A stretch of DNA of 64,000 nt, taken from the IMG/VR virus record IMGVR_UViG_3300025408_000065; one strand, given 5' to 3'. The DNA is from an uncultured virus (IMG/VR IMGVR_UViG_3300025408_000065). Taxonomy: Duplodnaviria > Heunggongvirae > Uroviricota > Caudoviricetes. The first letter of the stretch is position 1. Every line of letters begins with the position of its first letter. The position numbers and the translations under genes were made by a program. The notes below the pieces were generated by a model. The model did no database searches. It saw only the letters and a list, made by a program, of their open reading frames with translations, and was not told the DNA's origin. This document shows positions 41,133 through 50,755 of this stretch, in pieces.

Positions 41133-41718
41133 CTTCTATCTTTGATAGCAGCATTTCCATACCTTCTGCAAATGTTGGAATATTACTTTTCCAATAAGGG
41201 ATTGATATTCTTACAGATTCAATGGCATTTTTGTACATTTCATTTCCGAACTCATCTTTAAATTTCTTGAGAAAAAACTCAAAATCACTTGTTTTCATCG
41301 AACGACGATTAATCTCACCCTTTGAAAGCTTGATTAGAATGTTCAAATAAATCGTCGCACTTCCGAGATTCATTCCTGATTTTAATGAAACTAAATAAGC
41401 TAATACTTTGACTTCTTCGAGTCCGCTTTGATAGTTTTTAAATGCACTCCAAACTTCCTCGATCATTTCAGGACTTATGCTGTTATTTGAACGTCTTGAA
41501 CGGATTGCTTCAAGTGTAGTCTCATCTCCATCATCAGTTATCACTTCATGATAAACAGGTTCAGCATTTTGCTTAACTGCAAAGGGTAATCCCTTCTCTT
41601 TAATAATTTTTTTGATGAAAATGCTAAACGCAATATCAAGATCTAATCCTACTGAATCCAAAATTCGACTCACTTCTTGTAGTTGAACATCATCAATCTC
41701 AAAGGTTAACCTAGACAT
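41125..41718 (-). CDS. RelB/DinJ-like antitoxin domain fused to an extra C-terminal domain
   Basis: ILDSVGLDLDIAFSIFIKKIIKEKGLPF. Confidence 0.7.
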   Translation of the reverse strand: MSRLTFEIDDVQLQEVSRILDSVGLDLDIAFSIFIKKIIKEKGLPFAVKQNAEPVYHEVITDDGDETTLEAIRSRRSNNSISPEMIEEVWSAFKNYQSGLEEVKVLAYLVSLKSGMNLGSATIYLNILIKLSKGEINRRSMKTSDFEFFLKKFKDEFGNEMYKNAIESVRISIPYWKSNIPTFAEGMEMLLSKIEGE

Positions 41719-41749
41719 ATATTCACCTTTCTCTCTTTTTTTTACTTCG

Positions 41750-41826
41750 ATTTACTGAATACAGTATATACGATTACTCTATTTACTGTCAATAGTAATT
41801 TAGTAATTTTGTAGTAACTATAGTAA
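41750..41826. promoter_or_regulatory. TTACT/AGTAA repeat cluster upstream of the RelB-like gene
   Basis: Several direct and inverted TTACT units around a minus-strand TTGACA; candidate autoregulatory operator. Confidence 0.45.
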
Positions 41827-42051
41827 AAAAGAGTCAATATCTCTTTGATTTGCTTTTCTAGTGCTTTGTTTTCCATCAATGACTATCATTTCAAGTTGAA
41901 CCAACTCAAAATATGTCGTTAGATCAAAATACTTCGAGTCCTCAATGGAGATACCAAGATGAGCCAAGTTAAAAATAATATTTGAAGTTGCACCAAACTC
42001 GGGCTCATCATTTGGACTGTGGGGATGGTTTGGTGCCTTTTTGGAGAGTAC
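41818..42051 (-). CDS. Frameshift extension (gpT-like) of the tail assembly chaperone
   Basis: Open +1 frame ...DEPEFGATSNIIFNLAHLGISIE...RKANQRDIDSFLL* with no proper start. Confidence 0.65.
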   Translation of the reverse strand, partial: VLSKKAPNHPHSPNDEPEFGATSNIIFNLAHLGISIEDSKYFDLTTYFELVQLEMIVIDGKQSTRKANQRDIDSFLL

Positions 42052-42358
42052 CTAACATCTCCCCGATGGTTTGAGATAAGATACCTAGTTCTTCTGTATC
42101 ACTTAAGATGCCAAAATCAAGTGCCATCAAGAAGTCATTATAGGATGTCTTGCTGAATGGACGATGAAGCACGTAGATGATTCGGAAGATCGTATCGATC
42201 ACAAGCGAGAAATCTTCTTCCTTGATGTTCTTACCCTTTTCAAGTTTTTTGATATCACTGAAAAGTTCAGAACCGAATACATTGCGGTAATCGATGATTG
42301 TAAAAAGTGACGAATGGAGTTTATACTCCTTGTCACCTAGTTTGATTACTTTTTCCAT
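42008..42358 (-). CDS. Tail assembly chaperone (gpG-like)
   Basis: Follows major tail protein; YRNVFGSELFSDI pattern. Confidence 0.75.
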   Translation of the reverse strand: MEKVIKLGDKEYKLHSSLFTIIDYRNVFGSELFSDIKKLEKGKNIKEEDFSLVIDTIFRIIYVLHRPFSKTSYNDFLMALDFGILSDTEELGILSQTIGEMLGTLQKGTKPSPQSK

Positions 42359-42371
42359 GTTCAGTTACTCC

Positions 42372-42938
42372 TTAGATGAATGTTGGCAATAATGGGGATG
42401 TTGATAAGAAGTTTGTGTAGTTAGAATCTCCAACACTCGCAATGACTCGAAGGATCAGATTATTACCTGATTCAATCGGACGAGCTGTGATGTTAAGAGA
42501 GATTGAATTAGCTTCGATGGAGTCCGCTTTGGATTTACTTGCATCCCCTGAAGGTGTCGCTGTACATAGGTAATACCAAATACGACGAGCCTTAGCATCG
42601 CCTTGAATTTCATAACCCAATGCGAAGGTCTTGGTTTCATTGTTGACCACTTCGACAAAATTGCCATTGGTGTCTGTCTTGAATCCAAAAATATCCTTTT
42701 TAAATTCATCATCAATCTCTGTAAATTTGAGAGTGACGGTTGAGCCTGAATTAGAGACTAAGGTTGCGATAACCTTATCGTCTGCATAGACTTGTGAACT
42801 ACCACCGATGATTTCAGTAGTGATTTCTTGAGCACCGACTAGACGTTTAGGCGTTCCAAAAGTCCAGGAACCATCCGTTCCAATCGTAGCGAGTGCATAG
42901 TGAACATTGGTAAGTCCGAATGTAACTTTATTACTCAT
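42372..42938 (-). CDS. Major tail protein (phi13-like)
   Basis: NKVTFGLTNVHYA, YADD, FALGYEIQGD. Confidence 0.88.
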   Translation of the reverse strand: MSNKVTFGLTNVHYALATIGTDGSWTFGTPKRLVGAQEITTEIIGGSSQVYADDKVIATLVSNSGSTVTLKFTEIDDEFKKDIFGFKTDTNGNFVEVVNNETKTFALGYEIQGDAKARRIWYYLCTATPSGDASKSKADSIEANSISLNITARPIESGNNLILRVIASVGDSNYTNFLSTSPLLPTFI

Positions 42939-43281
42939 ATTTTATTTCCTCCTGTTTGATTTCATAAACTCTGGTTACCGAGTTATCGTCATTGACGTAC
43001 TCTGTAATCATTTGATAATTGAACCCCGATTGATATAGAGCTGATTCTAGTTGCTCTTCGAAGATGGGGTTCTTTGATTCTGTGACAAGTGTGATTTGAT
43101 AGGTGATAATACGAACTGCCGCTATGTTATCTGCATAGTATTGAACTCTATCGCTGATTTCTTGATAGACAATAAATGGGTATACATGGTGTACGTTTGC
43201 ATCGACAATATTCGTTCCATAAGACACTCGATTTGGTAAAACACCATCAAGTATCTGGAATAGTTGTTCTATGAAACTCAT
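42931..43281 (-). CDS. Tail terminator/completion protein
   Basis: Position and PFIVY..YAD motif. Confidence 0.7.
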   Translation of the reverse strand: MSFIEQLFQILDGVLPNRVSYGTNIVDANVHHVYPFIVYQEISDRVQYYADNIAAVRIITYQITLVTESKNPIFEEQLESALYQSGFNYQMITEYVNDDNSVTRVYEIKQEEIKYE

Positions 43282-43664
43282 GCGGATCCACCTCTTTCAA
43301 TAATCGATTTGATTTTTTCCACCATATCCGGTGCAAATGCATCAAATGCCGGTCGCATGAATGGACGTGGTCCTACAAACTTTCCACCACGATGCGTAAA
43401 TCCAAACTCAAGTAAGTGAGTTAACCTTCCTTTAGTGCTTGAATAGATGGTGATACGCTTATTGATACCTTCACCTTCAGGAATAGCAACAAAGGATTCT
43501 GCAAACCCATATGCCTGACCACTCTTTGGTGCTTTTGATTTAATATAGGCCAATACTTTATCTGAGGTTTCGTCTAGAACTTTTTCCATTTCTTTGATGA
43601 CATTCTCAGCATAAGATTCGACAAGCTCACTAATTCCAAGTGCTAATTCATCCAATGAGACCAT
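43278..43664 (-). CDS. HK97 gp10-like neck protein
   Basis: LTHLLEFG...RPFMRPA; start moved to MVSLDEL. Confidence 0.85.
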   Translation of the reverse strand: MVSLDELALGISELVESYAENVIKEMEKVLDETSDKVLAYIKSKAPKSGQAYGFAESFVAIPEGEGINKRITIYSSTKGRLTHLLEFGFTHRGGKFVGPRPFMRPAFDAFAPDMVEKIKSIIERGGSA

Positions 43665-43986
43665 CAATATCACCTTTTTTAATCTTTGTTTCAATAAAGT
43701 AAAGCTCAATAAACTGACCGCTGATATAGGTTCGTTCGATTTTATATATCTTTGAGTCAATCAATGCATGTCTGGACCCATCATATAAGAAGCTTTGAAT
43801 CTTGACTGCAATATCGATTCTAATGTCTGTTTTCTTGCTTTCATAGTATTCTTTTGAAGTTACTGATAGATTAATCCCAATAACCTCTTTAGAGCTTGTA
43901 AGTATTAGTGTTCGATTACCTATAGAATCTGGTGTGTTGTCTAGTTTTAGAAGCGCTAATTTGATGTTAGGTGAACTTGGAAACAT
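43648..43986 (-). CDS. Head closure / head-tail adaptor
   Basis: SVTSKEYY, YKIERTY, IELY. Confidence 0.8.
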   Translation of the reverse strand: MFPSSPNIKLALLKLDNTPDSIGNRTLILTSSKEVIGINLSVTSKEYYESKKTDIRIDIAVKIQSFLYDGSRHALIDSKIYKIERTYISGQFIELYFIETKIKKGDIDGLIG

Positions 43987-44273
43987 TAGGATGTACTTCC
44001 TTTCGTGAATGATAGCTGTTTGATGAGCATTTCAAAACTCTTCGGAAGTTCTTTCACAGACCCATCGTTCTTAAAACCAAAAAACGTCTTACAGTAAATA
44101 AGGATGAGGGAATCCACGATTGGGACTCCCTCACCATTTACGACATCATCGGCCACACCGACAGAACGAATGAGTTCTTTACAAGCCTCAATATGAGACA
44201 ATAACTCCTCATCAGCATATGTTTCGATTAGAGGAATCAAGAGTGCTTTCTTTACTGTATCGAGTATGGCCAT
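43986..44273 (-). CDS. Head-tail connector (gp6-like)
   Basis: LDTVKKAL, IYCKTFFG; follows the capsid gene. Confidence 0.8.
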   Translation of the reverse strand: MAILDTVKKALLIPLIETYADEELLSHIEACKELIRSVGVADDVVNGEGVPIVDSLILIYCKTFFGFKNDGSVKELPKSFEMLIKQLSFTKGSTS

Positions 44274-44289
44274 GATTTAGTTCCTCCGA

Positions 44290-45420
44290 TTAGGCAGCGG
44301 CTTTCTTCTTGATACGAAGGAAACCTTTATAACCTACCACGTTACCACCAGTGAATACAGAAGCTTTGTAGCAGATAATGCCGTCTTTAAACTTGTAATC
44401 TGTCGATTTACCGATTTCTACTGGTGAGAAGATAGGTACTTCATAATTCTTGAGTGAACCATAAGCCATAGCATACTCACCTGCAGTGGTTGCACTATCA
44501 GCGATCGCTTTGCATTGTGAGTTGATCACATAAGGAATGCCATCGATGGTTTGATTGATATAATCAACGGTATGAACCTTACGACCTTCGGAAGTACGAA
44601 GACCAGCAAATGCACGCAAGTCATTCTTATTCAGGATAAGAACTGCACCACCTTCGACTTCTTCATCGCCACCATAAGCAAAGATGATGTCATCTAAAGT
44701 TGTGTCAGTGATTGCGGAAATTTCAAGCGGAGTTGTATCCGATAATGCAACTGCTTGATCGCTGAAGATACCTGTGAATGTGTTGGATGTACCAGCACCT
44801 CGTAGGATCTGTTCAGAGATTTTCTTTTTCAAGGATACATTGATATTTCTGAGTACCTCAGCTTGATAAGGAATACTTGGAAGCTTTTCAAGTTCTTCAG
44901 TGATTTCAGTGTAAGCAGTAATCTTAACCTTCGTAATGGTGACATAACCAAATGTAGGTTCAGTCTCATTGTAGGGTTGCCCTTCAAGGGTAGTTCCAGC
45001 AATACCATTCGATTTCACAAATGATTTCTTGTAGGTTTCACCACCGTTAAGGTTGATGATATTGACCTTGTCCACCAAAGTAGATACTTGGGCATACGGA
45101 ACTGGTGCGATGTTGTTTGATACGGTTTCAGGAACCAAAATTTCCGAACTGGATACTTGGATAACTCGATTCTCACGGAGCTGTTTACCGCGTAGTTCAA
45201 GGGTTTCCTTATTGTAAGTGCGTGTATCAATGACAATCGGTTTGATTTCGACTTTGGATGCAATCATCATCTTTTTATCGATGACAGAGCGTTCCTCTTG
45301 TAAGGTATTGCATTCAGTATCGAATGCTTCCAATTTTGTTACATCAGATTCTGCTTCAGCAAGGGAGCGAATCTCAGTTAAGCGTGCTTCAATTTCTTTA
45401 CGTCTTTTTTCTAAATTCAT
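44290..45420 (-). CDS. Major capsid protein, HK97 fold
   Basis: Coiled-coil delta domain, ITEEL, ILRGAG, IDGIPY. Confidence 0.92.
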   Translation of the reverse strand: MNLEKRRKEIEARLTEIRSLAEAESDVTKLEAFDTECNTLQEERSVIDKKMMIASKVEIKPIVIDTRTYNKETLELRGKQLRENRVIQVSSSEILVPETVSNNIAPVPYAQVSTLVDKVNIINLNGGETYKKSFVKSNGIAGTTLEGQPYNETEPTFGYVTITKVKITAYTEITEELEKLPSIPYQAEVLRNINVSLKKKISEQILRGAGTSNTFTGIFSDQAVALSDTTPLEISAITDTTLDDIIFAYGGDEEVEGGAVLILNKNDLRAFAGLRTSEGRKVHTVDYINQTIDGIPYVINSQCKAIADSATTAGEYAMAYGSLKNYEVPIFSPVEIGKSTDYKFKDGIICYKASVFTGGNVVGYKGFLRIKKKAAA

Positions 45421-45439
45421 GATTTTTTCTCCTTTTGAT

Positions 45440-46030
45440 TTAGTAGTTTGTTTTGATACGAATCTTCTTTTTCATCACTTCAACATGTTGTTTCTGCTCT
45501 TCTAACTCCATAGCCTTTAGTTCTACATCCATAGACTCTAAAGAACGAGCATATATACTGGTTGAATCGTAGGCTGGTGTGTCTACCACTGAAACATCAT
45601 AGAGCCTTCCGATTTTAGTGATGGTGCGTTTAGGGATTTTGCCTTCTTTATTCCAGGACTGTTCTTCAACAGTGAAAGCAAAACTCATCTTATCAAGTAG
45701 GCCACTACGGACCATCTTGTAGATGTCTTGATTGGATTGGGTATCGATTAACTCGGCTTGTACTTTTAGCCCAATATTATCAACAGATAGTGTCAGTGAT
45801 TTATTCTTGGTTCGTGCGATGATAAGAAAGGAATCCATATGGTTGTATTTCATTGGAACATCTTTCATTTGGACATTTTGAAGCGCTCGATGATCGATAG
45901 ATTCAACGAAACCGTACTCTTCATTTCCGATGAGTGTTTCCTGGTTGAACACAATCGCATAACCTTCTAATGTCATCTTTCCTTCAGTTTCTTCAAACTT
46001 AACATCCGCAAGTCTTGTCTCTTTAATCAT
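45440..46030 (-). CDS. HK97-family prohead protease
   Basis: EGYAIVFN, YNH, MSFAF, DVSVVDTPAY. Confidence 0.93.
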   Translation of the reverse strand: MIKETRLADVKFEETEGKMTLEGYAIVFNQETLIGNEEYGFVESIDHRALQNVQMKDVPMKYNHMDSFLIIARTKNKSLTLSVDNIGLKVQAELIDTQSNQDIYKMVRSGLLDKMSFAFTVEEQSWNKEGKIPKRTITKIGRLYDVSVVDTPAYDSTSIYARSLESMDVELKAMELEEQKQHVEVMKKKIRIKTNY

Positions 46031-46223
46031 TGGTTCTCACCTCTATTTTTGGTTTGATAGGTTTTCCTTCAAGCATGTATTCAAGTTCTGAATCCTTGTA
46101 GTGAAAACTTGTAATCTTGTTTTCTTTGCAAAACTCATCGATAATTTGTGATTTTGCTTTCTGCGTTTCTAGAATCACTTTGAGTACTTCTTTTGATATC
46201 GTTCCATTAACTGTGACTTTCAT
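46023..46223 (-). CDS. Small phage protein between portal and protease
   Basis: MKVTVNG start after GAGGAG; overlaps both neighbours. Confidence 0.6.
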   Translation of the reverse strand: MKVTVNGTISKEVLKVILETQKAKSQIIDEFCKENKITSFHYKDSELEYMLEGKPIKPKIEVRTND

Positions 46224-47424
46224 CTTTGTTCTCCTCACCAATCTGGTATTTATTTGCCTTATCCGCATCCACAAAGTTGAGCGATTGCAGTCGCTTGTTT
46301 CCACCCTCAATAGGTTCTAGTCCAAGCAATGCTCTGGATTCATTTAAGGTCATGATCCCTAGGCTCATCAGTTTTTCGATGGCACTCACTTTTGTATTCC
46401 AGCTCGCATACTGCAATCGTTCACTATAGAAAATAATCTCTTCACCACGAGTTAACTCATTCTCCGTGAGCAATCCCAAAGAAAAAGCCTCTGATAGCTG
46501 AATGGCTAGAGGCTCAATGGTCGACTCATAAAACGAGTTGAAATCTTCTTCACTATATTTGTTTGCGAAGATTGGTGCTGATACTCCAAAATAATCGAGT
46601 ATTTTGGATTGTAAGAATTCGAGTGTTTCTTTGTCAATCAATTTGGGATCAACTGTTAGTGGTACATATTCCGACTTTAAGTCAATCGGAATAATGGAAC
46701 TTCCTTTAGTACTAATTGAATCGTTAAGGGCTATATCAAAGAGCTCTCTTTGTTTTTTCTTATCAGCTTCTGAAAGCATCCCATTCATCTTGATGATTCC
46801 TTTAATCTGCATCGATGATCTCACTGCATTATCGATACCTTGAAGCACATTTTCATTGATTGAGATGGTTTTTAGGATTGCTTCATGATCGCCTGATGAT
46901 CCATTCCCACCAAAGATGTCATTTGAAGCAAAGTACTTCCTCAAGTGGATGACGTTCTCATAAGGCAGCATAAATTGTTGGCCATCCTCAAAGTAAAACT
47001 TCAAATAGTAACCATCAGCATTATCTACAATTGCTTCTACCAAAATCGGTCGGAGTGGATAGAGTGCTTTAAGTCCACCATTCACAGAATCAAACATTGG
47101 ATAAACAAATGCATTATCATTCAGTAGCAACAACGTAATTACTTTATAGATAAAGTCATAAGGTGTCATGAGTGGGTTAGGCTTATGCTTCAATAAAAAA
47201 GACAGTCGACCTTGTTTCTCGGTTACTGTCTTGTCTGCTTCAGTTTTAATGTATCTTGGTTTGAGTTTAGCACACTGGCTCGCAATCCTATCAATACATA
47301 TCTTGACCACATCACTCTTTGAGATGTTGTTACCAAAAGGTGTGAAGAAAGTATTGTGTTGATTAAATAACTGGAAGGTATTTGTTGAACCTTCCTTTTT
47401 CTTTCTAGTAAATATTCCCATCAA
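46207..47424 (-). CDS. Phage portal protein (HK97 family)
   Basis: KPNPLMT, VIHLR, MTLNESRALLGLEPIEGG. Confidence 0.93.
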   Translation of the reverse strand: MMGIFTRKKKEGSTNTFQLFNQHNTFFTPFGNNISKSDVVKICIDRIASQCAKLKPRYIKTEADKTVTEKQGRLSFLLKHKPNPLMTPYDFIYKVITLLLLNDNAFVYPMFDSVNGGLKALYPLRPILVEAIVDNADGYYLKFYFEDGQQFMLPYENVIHLRKYFASNDIFGGNGSSGDHEAILKTISINENVLQGIDNAVRSSMQIKGIIKMNGMLSEADKKKQRELFDIALNDSISTKGSSIIPIDLKSEYVPLTVDPKLIDKETLEFLQSKILDYFGVSAPIFANKYSEEDFNSFYESTIEPLAIQLSEAFSLGLLTENELTRGEEIIFYSERLQYASWNTKVSAIEKLMSLGIMTLNESRALLGLEPIEGGNKRLQSLNFVDADKANKYQIGEENKDESHS

Positions 47425-47500
47425 ATCACCTCATTCTTTTTAATCTTACGCAGGAAACCACTTCATATGAATTATAATAAACACATGAGGTGATTTTGCG

Positions 47501-48106
47501 ATGGAAGAGTTATACTTTGAGACTAAATATCTGAATAAAACTAATAAGCAAAAGTTTAATAAAAGAAAAGCTGACATTAACAAAAGTAGTGATCTAATTG
47601 TTTTTCAATCGATAATAACTGAAACTGGATTACTAGCCATTTTATCTCAATCGGTCGAGTTCTTACTAGAATTTACTGAGAAGTTTTCTGTCCTAATACA
47701 GGATGAATCAAACAAAATAGTAATCAAAGAAAGAATTCGAAAGCTTCTAAAGAACGAAGAAAGCTTAGATATTAGTGATGTTAGGACATCAAAGTTAGAT
47801 ACGTTAATTAAAAATTCCAAAAAGACAAAGTATTTTAACCTTAAGTCTTTAGAGTTACTCGATGAAGTTAGAAAAACTAGAAATTACTTTGTCCATAATT
47901 TTCTTATGCAAAACATAATCGATTTTTACAGTAATTCCGCTTTCAAAAAGAAAGCCTTAAAAATACTGGTTTTAACTAATATTTTGCTAACGCAATTAAT
48001 AAATGATTTCAATAAAACATTTATAGAAAAGACATCATTGATGGATAAAGAGATAACAGATTTGTTAGCTGAGTTGAAATTTAACTTCACAAACAATGCT
48101 TTATGA
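47501..48106 (+). CDS. HEPN-like moron protein
   Basis: Opposite-strand AT-rich gene with RxxxxH motif RNYFVH. Confidence 0.55.
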   Translation: MEELYFETKYLNKTNKQKFNKRKADINKSSDLIVFQSIITETGLLAILSQSVEFLLEFTEKFSVLIQDESNKIVIKERIRKLLKNEESLDISDVRTSKLDTLIKNSKKTKYFNLKSLELLDEVRKTRNYFVHNFLMQNIIDFYSNSAFKKKALKILVLTNILLTQLINDFNKTFIEKTSLMDKEITDLLAELKFNFTNNAL

Positions 48107-49747
48107 CATCATGTTTTCGTAATCTATCTTGTACCTATTCAAAACGGCATACGCAATGATTAAGGCTACAGTTCCATCAATTCGCTTGTACTTCGAATTT
48201 AATTTTGATGGCTGGATATTGCCATTCAAGTCAACTTTGGCTTGGGTGTTAGACAAGCACCATTTCAAGATCGGATTATTGTCGTAGTTGATCAGCTTAT
48301 TCTTTAGGTCAGCTTCCAGTTGCTTCATTGGTTCCGATAAAGAGTAGACACCTTGACGGACCTTCTCCATGTTAAATCCTAGCTCTTCCATTTCTTTAAT
48401 CCAATATTGAGAATTCCAGGGGTCGAATCCTACCCAAAGAGGTCTAATCTGGTGTTCTTGAATCATTCTCATGAACCACTGAGTCACCAATGAAAAATCG
48501 TTCTGACTTCCATCTGTGAGTGTAATTAACCCTCGCTTAATCCAAATATCATACGGGACGTTATCTTCTTCCATGCGTTTGTTAACAACATCACTTGGCA
48601 TAAAGAAATGTGCTAAAACATACTTCTTTGTATCATCCTTTTTCTGAATGACTAGTACAGCTGCAGTTAAATCGGTAGTTGAAGATAAATCAACTCCACC
48701 GATAGCATAGGAATTCTTGAGTGAGTTTACCTCATACTTTGCTTCGTTATTTAAGTCATCAAAAGATAGCCATGCACCTTGATCGACTTGTTTGATATTG
48801 AAGTCTTTACATAACATCGTAACTCTTGTTGAATGATCATTCTTCGATTTATTCATGACATCTTCCAAATATGAAGTCAGTTTCACTACACCTATACTTG
48901 GATTTGATTTCTGCCAATTCTTGGAATCGTCATATATTTCCTGAGTATTGTCTTGAGTATATAACCAAGGAAGCACTCGCTCATCGGTTATTTCACCTTT
49001 TAGCATCTTCCTTGCATAATCCAACTTGTTATCAAGAAAGCCTCCTACTGTAGTCCCTTCAGTGGTGATAATGAAGATTAATGGTTCTTTTTTAGTTGAT
49101 TGGCTTTGCTTGATAGCATCATAGACCTTTGAATCAGTCATTTCATGAACTTCGTCAATACAACCAACCTCAATGTTATAACCATCTTTATTTCTACTTT
49201 GAGCTGATAACTTCTTGATTTTATTCTTGGTTTTCGGAGAATAGATAAAGAATATATTCTTTTTACTACGTTTCTCATTCGAAAGAGCTGGAGAATGTTC
49301 ACGCATGTTGTTGATTTCCTCAAAGAGAATATTGGCTTGTTCGCTTGTATTGGAAGCACATACGATGTCAACACCACCTTTTGATAAAAAGAACTCAGCA
49401 AGGTCAATACCAGCGATAAAGGTGGTCTTTCCGTTCTTGCGAGCAATCAGTAATATGACTTCATTGAATCTTCGTAGACCAGAATCCTTCAATTTGAATC
49501 CATAAGCTACCTGGATGATTGCTTTCTCCCAAAGTTCAAGTATAAACGGTTGACCGTTAAATGGTGACTTTGTGTGTTTACAAAAGGTTTCTATAAAATC
49601 AATTCGAAGATTTCCTGGTGCTTCATCAAAAACATACCTCGGGTTCACTAGATCATTAAGCAATATATCCAATTGTTTTTTTAATTCCTCACCAACCAGA
49701 ATGTTTCCTTCTTCTATCTGATGACGATATTCAACTAGATGGTTCAT
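48101..49747 (-). CDS. terL: Terminase large subunit
   Basis: ARKNGKT Walker A, IDEVH Walker B, GVDLS and RIDG nuclease motifs. Confidence 0.95.
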   Translation of the reverse strand: MNHLVEYRHQIEEGNILVGEELKKQLDILLNDLVNPRYVFDEAPGNLRIDFIETFCKHTKSPFNGQPFILELWEKAIIQVAYGFKLKDSGLRRFNEVILLIARKNGKTTFIAGIDLAEFFLSKGGVDIVCASNTSEQANILFEEINNMREHSPALSNEKRSKKNIFFIYSPKTKNKIKKLSAQSRNKDGYNIEVGCIDEVHEMTDSKVYDAIKQSQSTKKEPLIFIITTEGTTVGGFLDNKLDYARKMLKGEITDERVLPWLYTQDNTQEIYDDSKNWQKSNPSIGVVKLTSYLEDVMNKSKNDHSTRVTMLCKDFNIKQVDQGAWLSFDDLNNEAKYEVNSLKNSYAIGGVDLSSTTDLTAAVLVIQKKDDTKKYVLAHFFMPSDVVNKRMEEDNVPYDIWIKRGLITLTDGSQNDFSLVTQWFMRMIQEHQIRPLWVGFDPWNSQYWIKEMEELGFNMEKVRQGVYSLSEPMKQLEADLKNKLINYDNNPILKWCLSNTQAKVDLNGNIQPSKLNSKYKRIDGTVALIIAYAVLNRYKIDYENMMS

Positions 49748-50082
49748 TGGGTGTTTGCTTTCTTGAGAAACTCATCAAAAGCATCATCTCCATCAATTAC
49801 GTTTTTCCCCATGATTGAGTTAAGTGTTTTGATGACTGTTCCATACGAGTTGATAAGCTTAGTGTAGTATTTAGCAGCTTCTGTCTGTCTTTGTGCACCT
49901 TTACTTGAAACTTGAACTGCACCATGCTTTCTGATCTGCTCTTGAAGAATACCAAGTTCAACTTTCATGAAAGCAGCTTGCTCAAGTAGGTTATCTACCA
50001 GTTGTGTTTTGGTTTCATCAACGGACGAAAAAAGCGACCGCAGTCGCTCTAGTTCTATATTAATATCTTTTAGTTTAGACAC
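49744..50082 (-). CDS. Terminase small subunit (P27-like)
   Basis: Overlaps terL; AAFMKVEL..LQEQI..HG; acidic DAFDEFL tail. Confidence 0.8.
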   Translation of the reverse strand: MSKLKDINIELERLRSLFSSVDETKTQLVDNLLEQAAFMKVELGILQEQIRKHGAVQVSSKGAQRQTEAAKYYTKLINSYGTVIKTLNSIMGKNVIDGDDAFDEFLKKANTQ

Positions 50083-50091
50083 AACAACACC

Positions 50092-50487
50092 TCATTCGAA
50101 TATAGCTTCTGGACATATCATAACCGGTCCTACCGCCTTCATTCCAAAGACTCTACTTGCTAGGTAATTGAACTCCATATTGTGTATCAATCCCTCTTCA
50201 TTGACTAAAACGATATGCCCAGGAATCCTAAAAGGATAAACCTCGATGTATCCTTTGACTTGTTCTTGAAGTTCATTCAGTTCGAATGCCGTATCCTTTG
50301 GTTTTATAAAAGAGATGGAATTATCAGTATTTAGTACTAGTGCCTTGTCTTGATAGATGCCACTTAAAAACAATCTAAGAGGAATCACACTTGAACTGTT
50401 GCATTCTGAACAACACTCTTCGTTTCCAATTGGGTGGGCATTGTGTGAGTCACCCAAGATTTCTTTATTGCACAAGCTGCATGTCAT
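50092..50487 (-). CDS. Zinc finger plus DUF3846-like protein
   Basis: CSLC/CCSEC; LQEQVKGYIE, VNEEG. Confidence 0.7.
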   Translation of the reverse strand: MTCSLCNKEILGDSHNAHPIGNEECCSECNSSSVIPLRLFLSGIYQDKALVLNTDNSISFIKPKDTAFELNELQEQVKGYIEVYPFRIPGHIVLVNEEGLIHNMEFNYLASRVFGMKAVGPVMICPEAIFE

Positions 50488-50653
50488 TGTTAATTACCTC
50501 AATTAAGTCTTCCTCTGGGATGATTGCTAAATCTCCCCATGTACCATGTAGTTGATTGAGTCCATCGATGTATTCAATGACTCCTTCTCTACCGTTATAA
50601 TGGTCTTCACCCTTCATATCGATGATTCTGATTTTATCTCCAATTTTGAACAT
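50465..50653 (-). CDS. DUF4314-like protein
   Basis: GDKIRIIDM...G.IEYID...LHGTW..LAIIPEED. Confidence 0.75.
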   Translation of the reverse strand: MFKIGDKIRIIDMKGEDHYNGREGVIEYIDGLNQLHGTWGDLAIIPEEDLIEVINNDMQLVQ

Positions 50654-50670
50654 GATAAGCACCTCCTAAG

Positions 50671-50710
50671 GTTAGTAATATATATCACTCTAAAGAGAGA
50701 AAATAGCAAG
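50671..50710 (-). promoter_or_regulatory. CTTGCTATT-N6-CTTTAGAGTGATATATA motif, copy 2
   Basis: Directly upstream of RBS AGGAGG of the DUF4314-like gene. Confidence 0.7.
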
Positions 50711-50755
50711 AAAAAACGACCGAAGTCGTTTCATAAATGAATTAATTTATATTGT

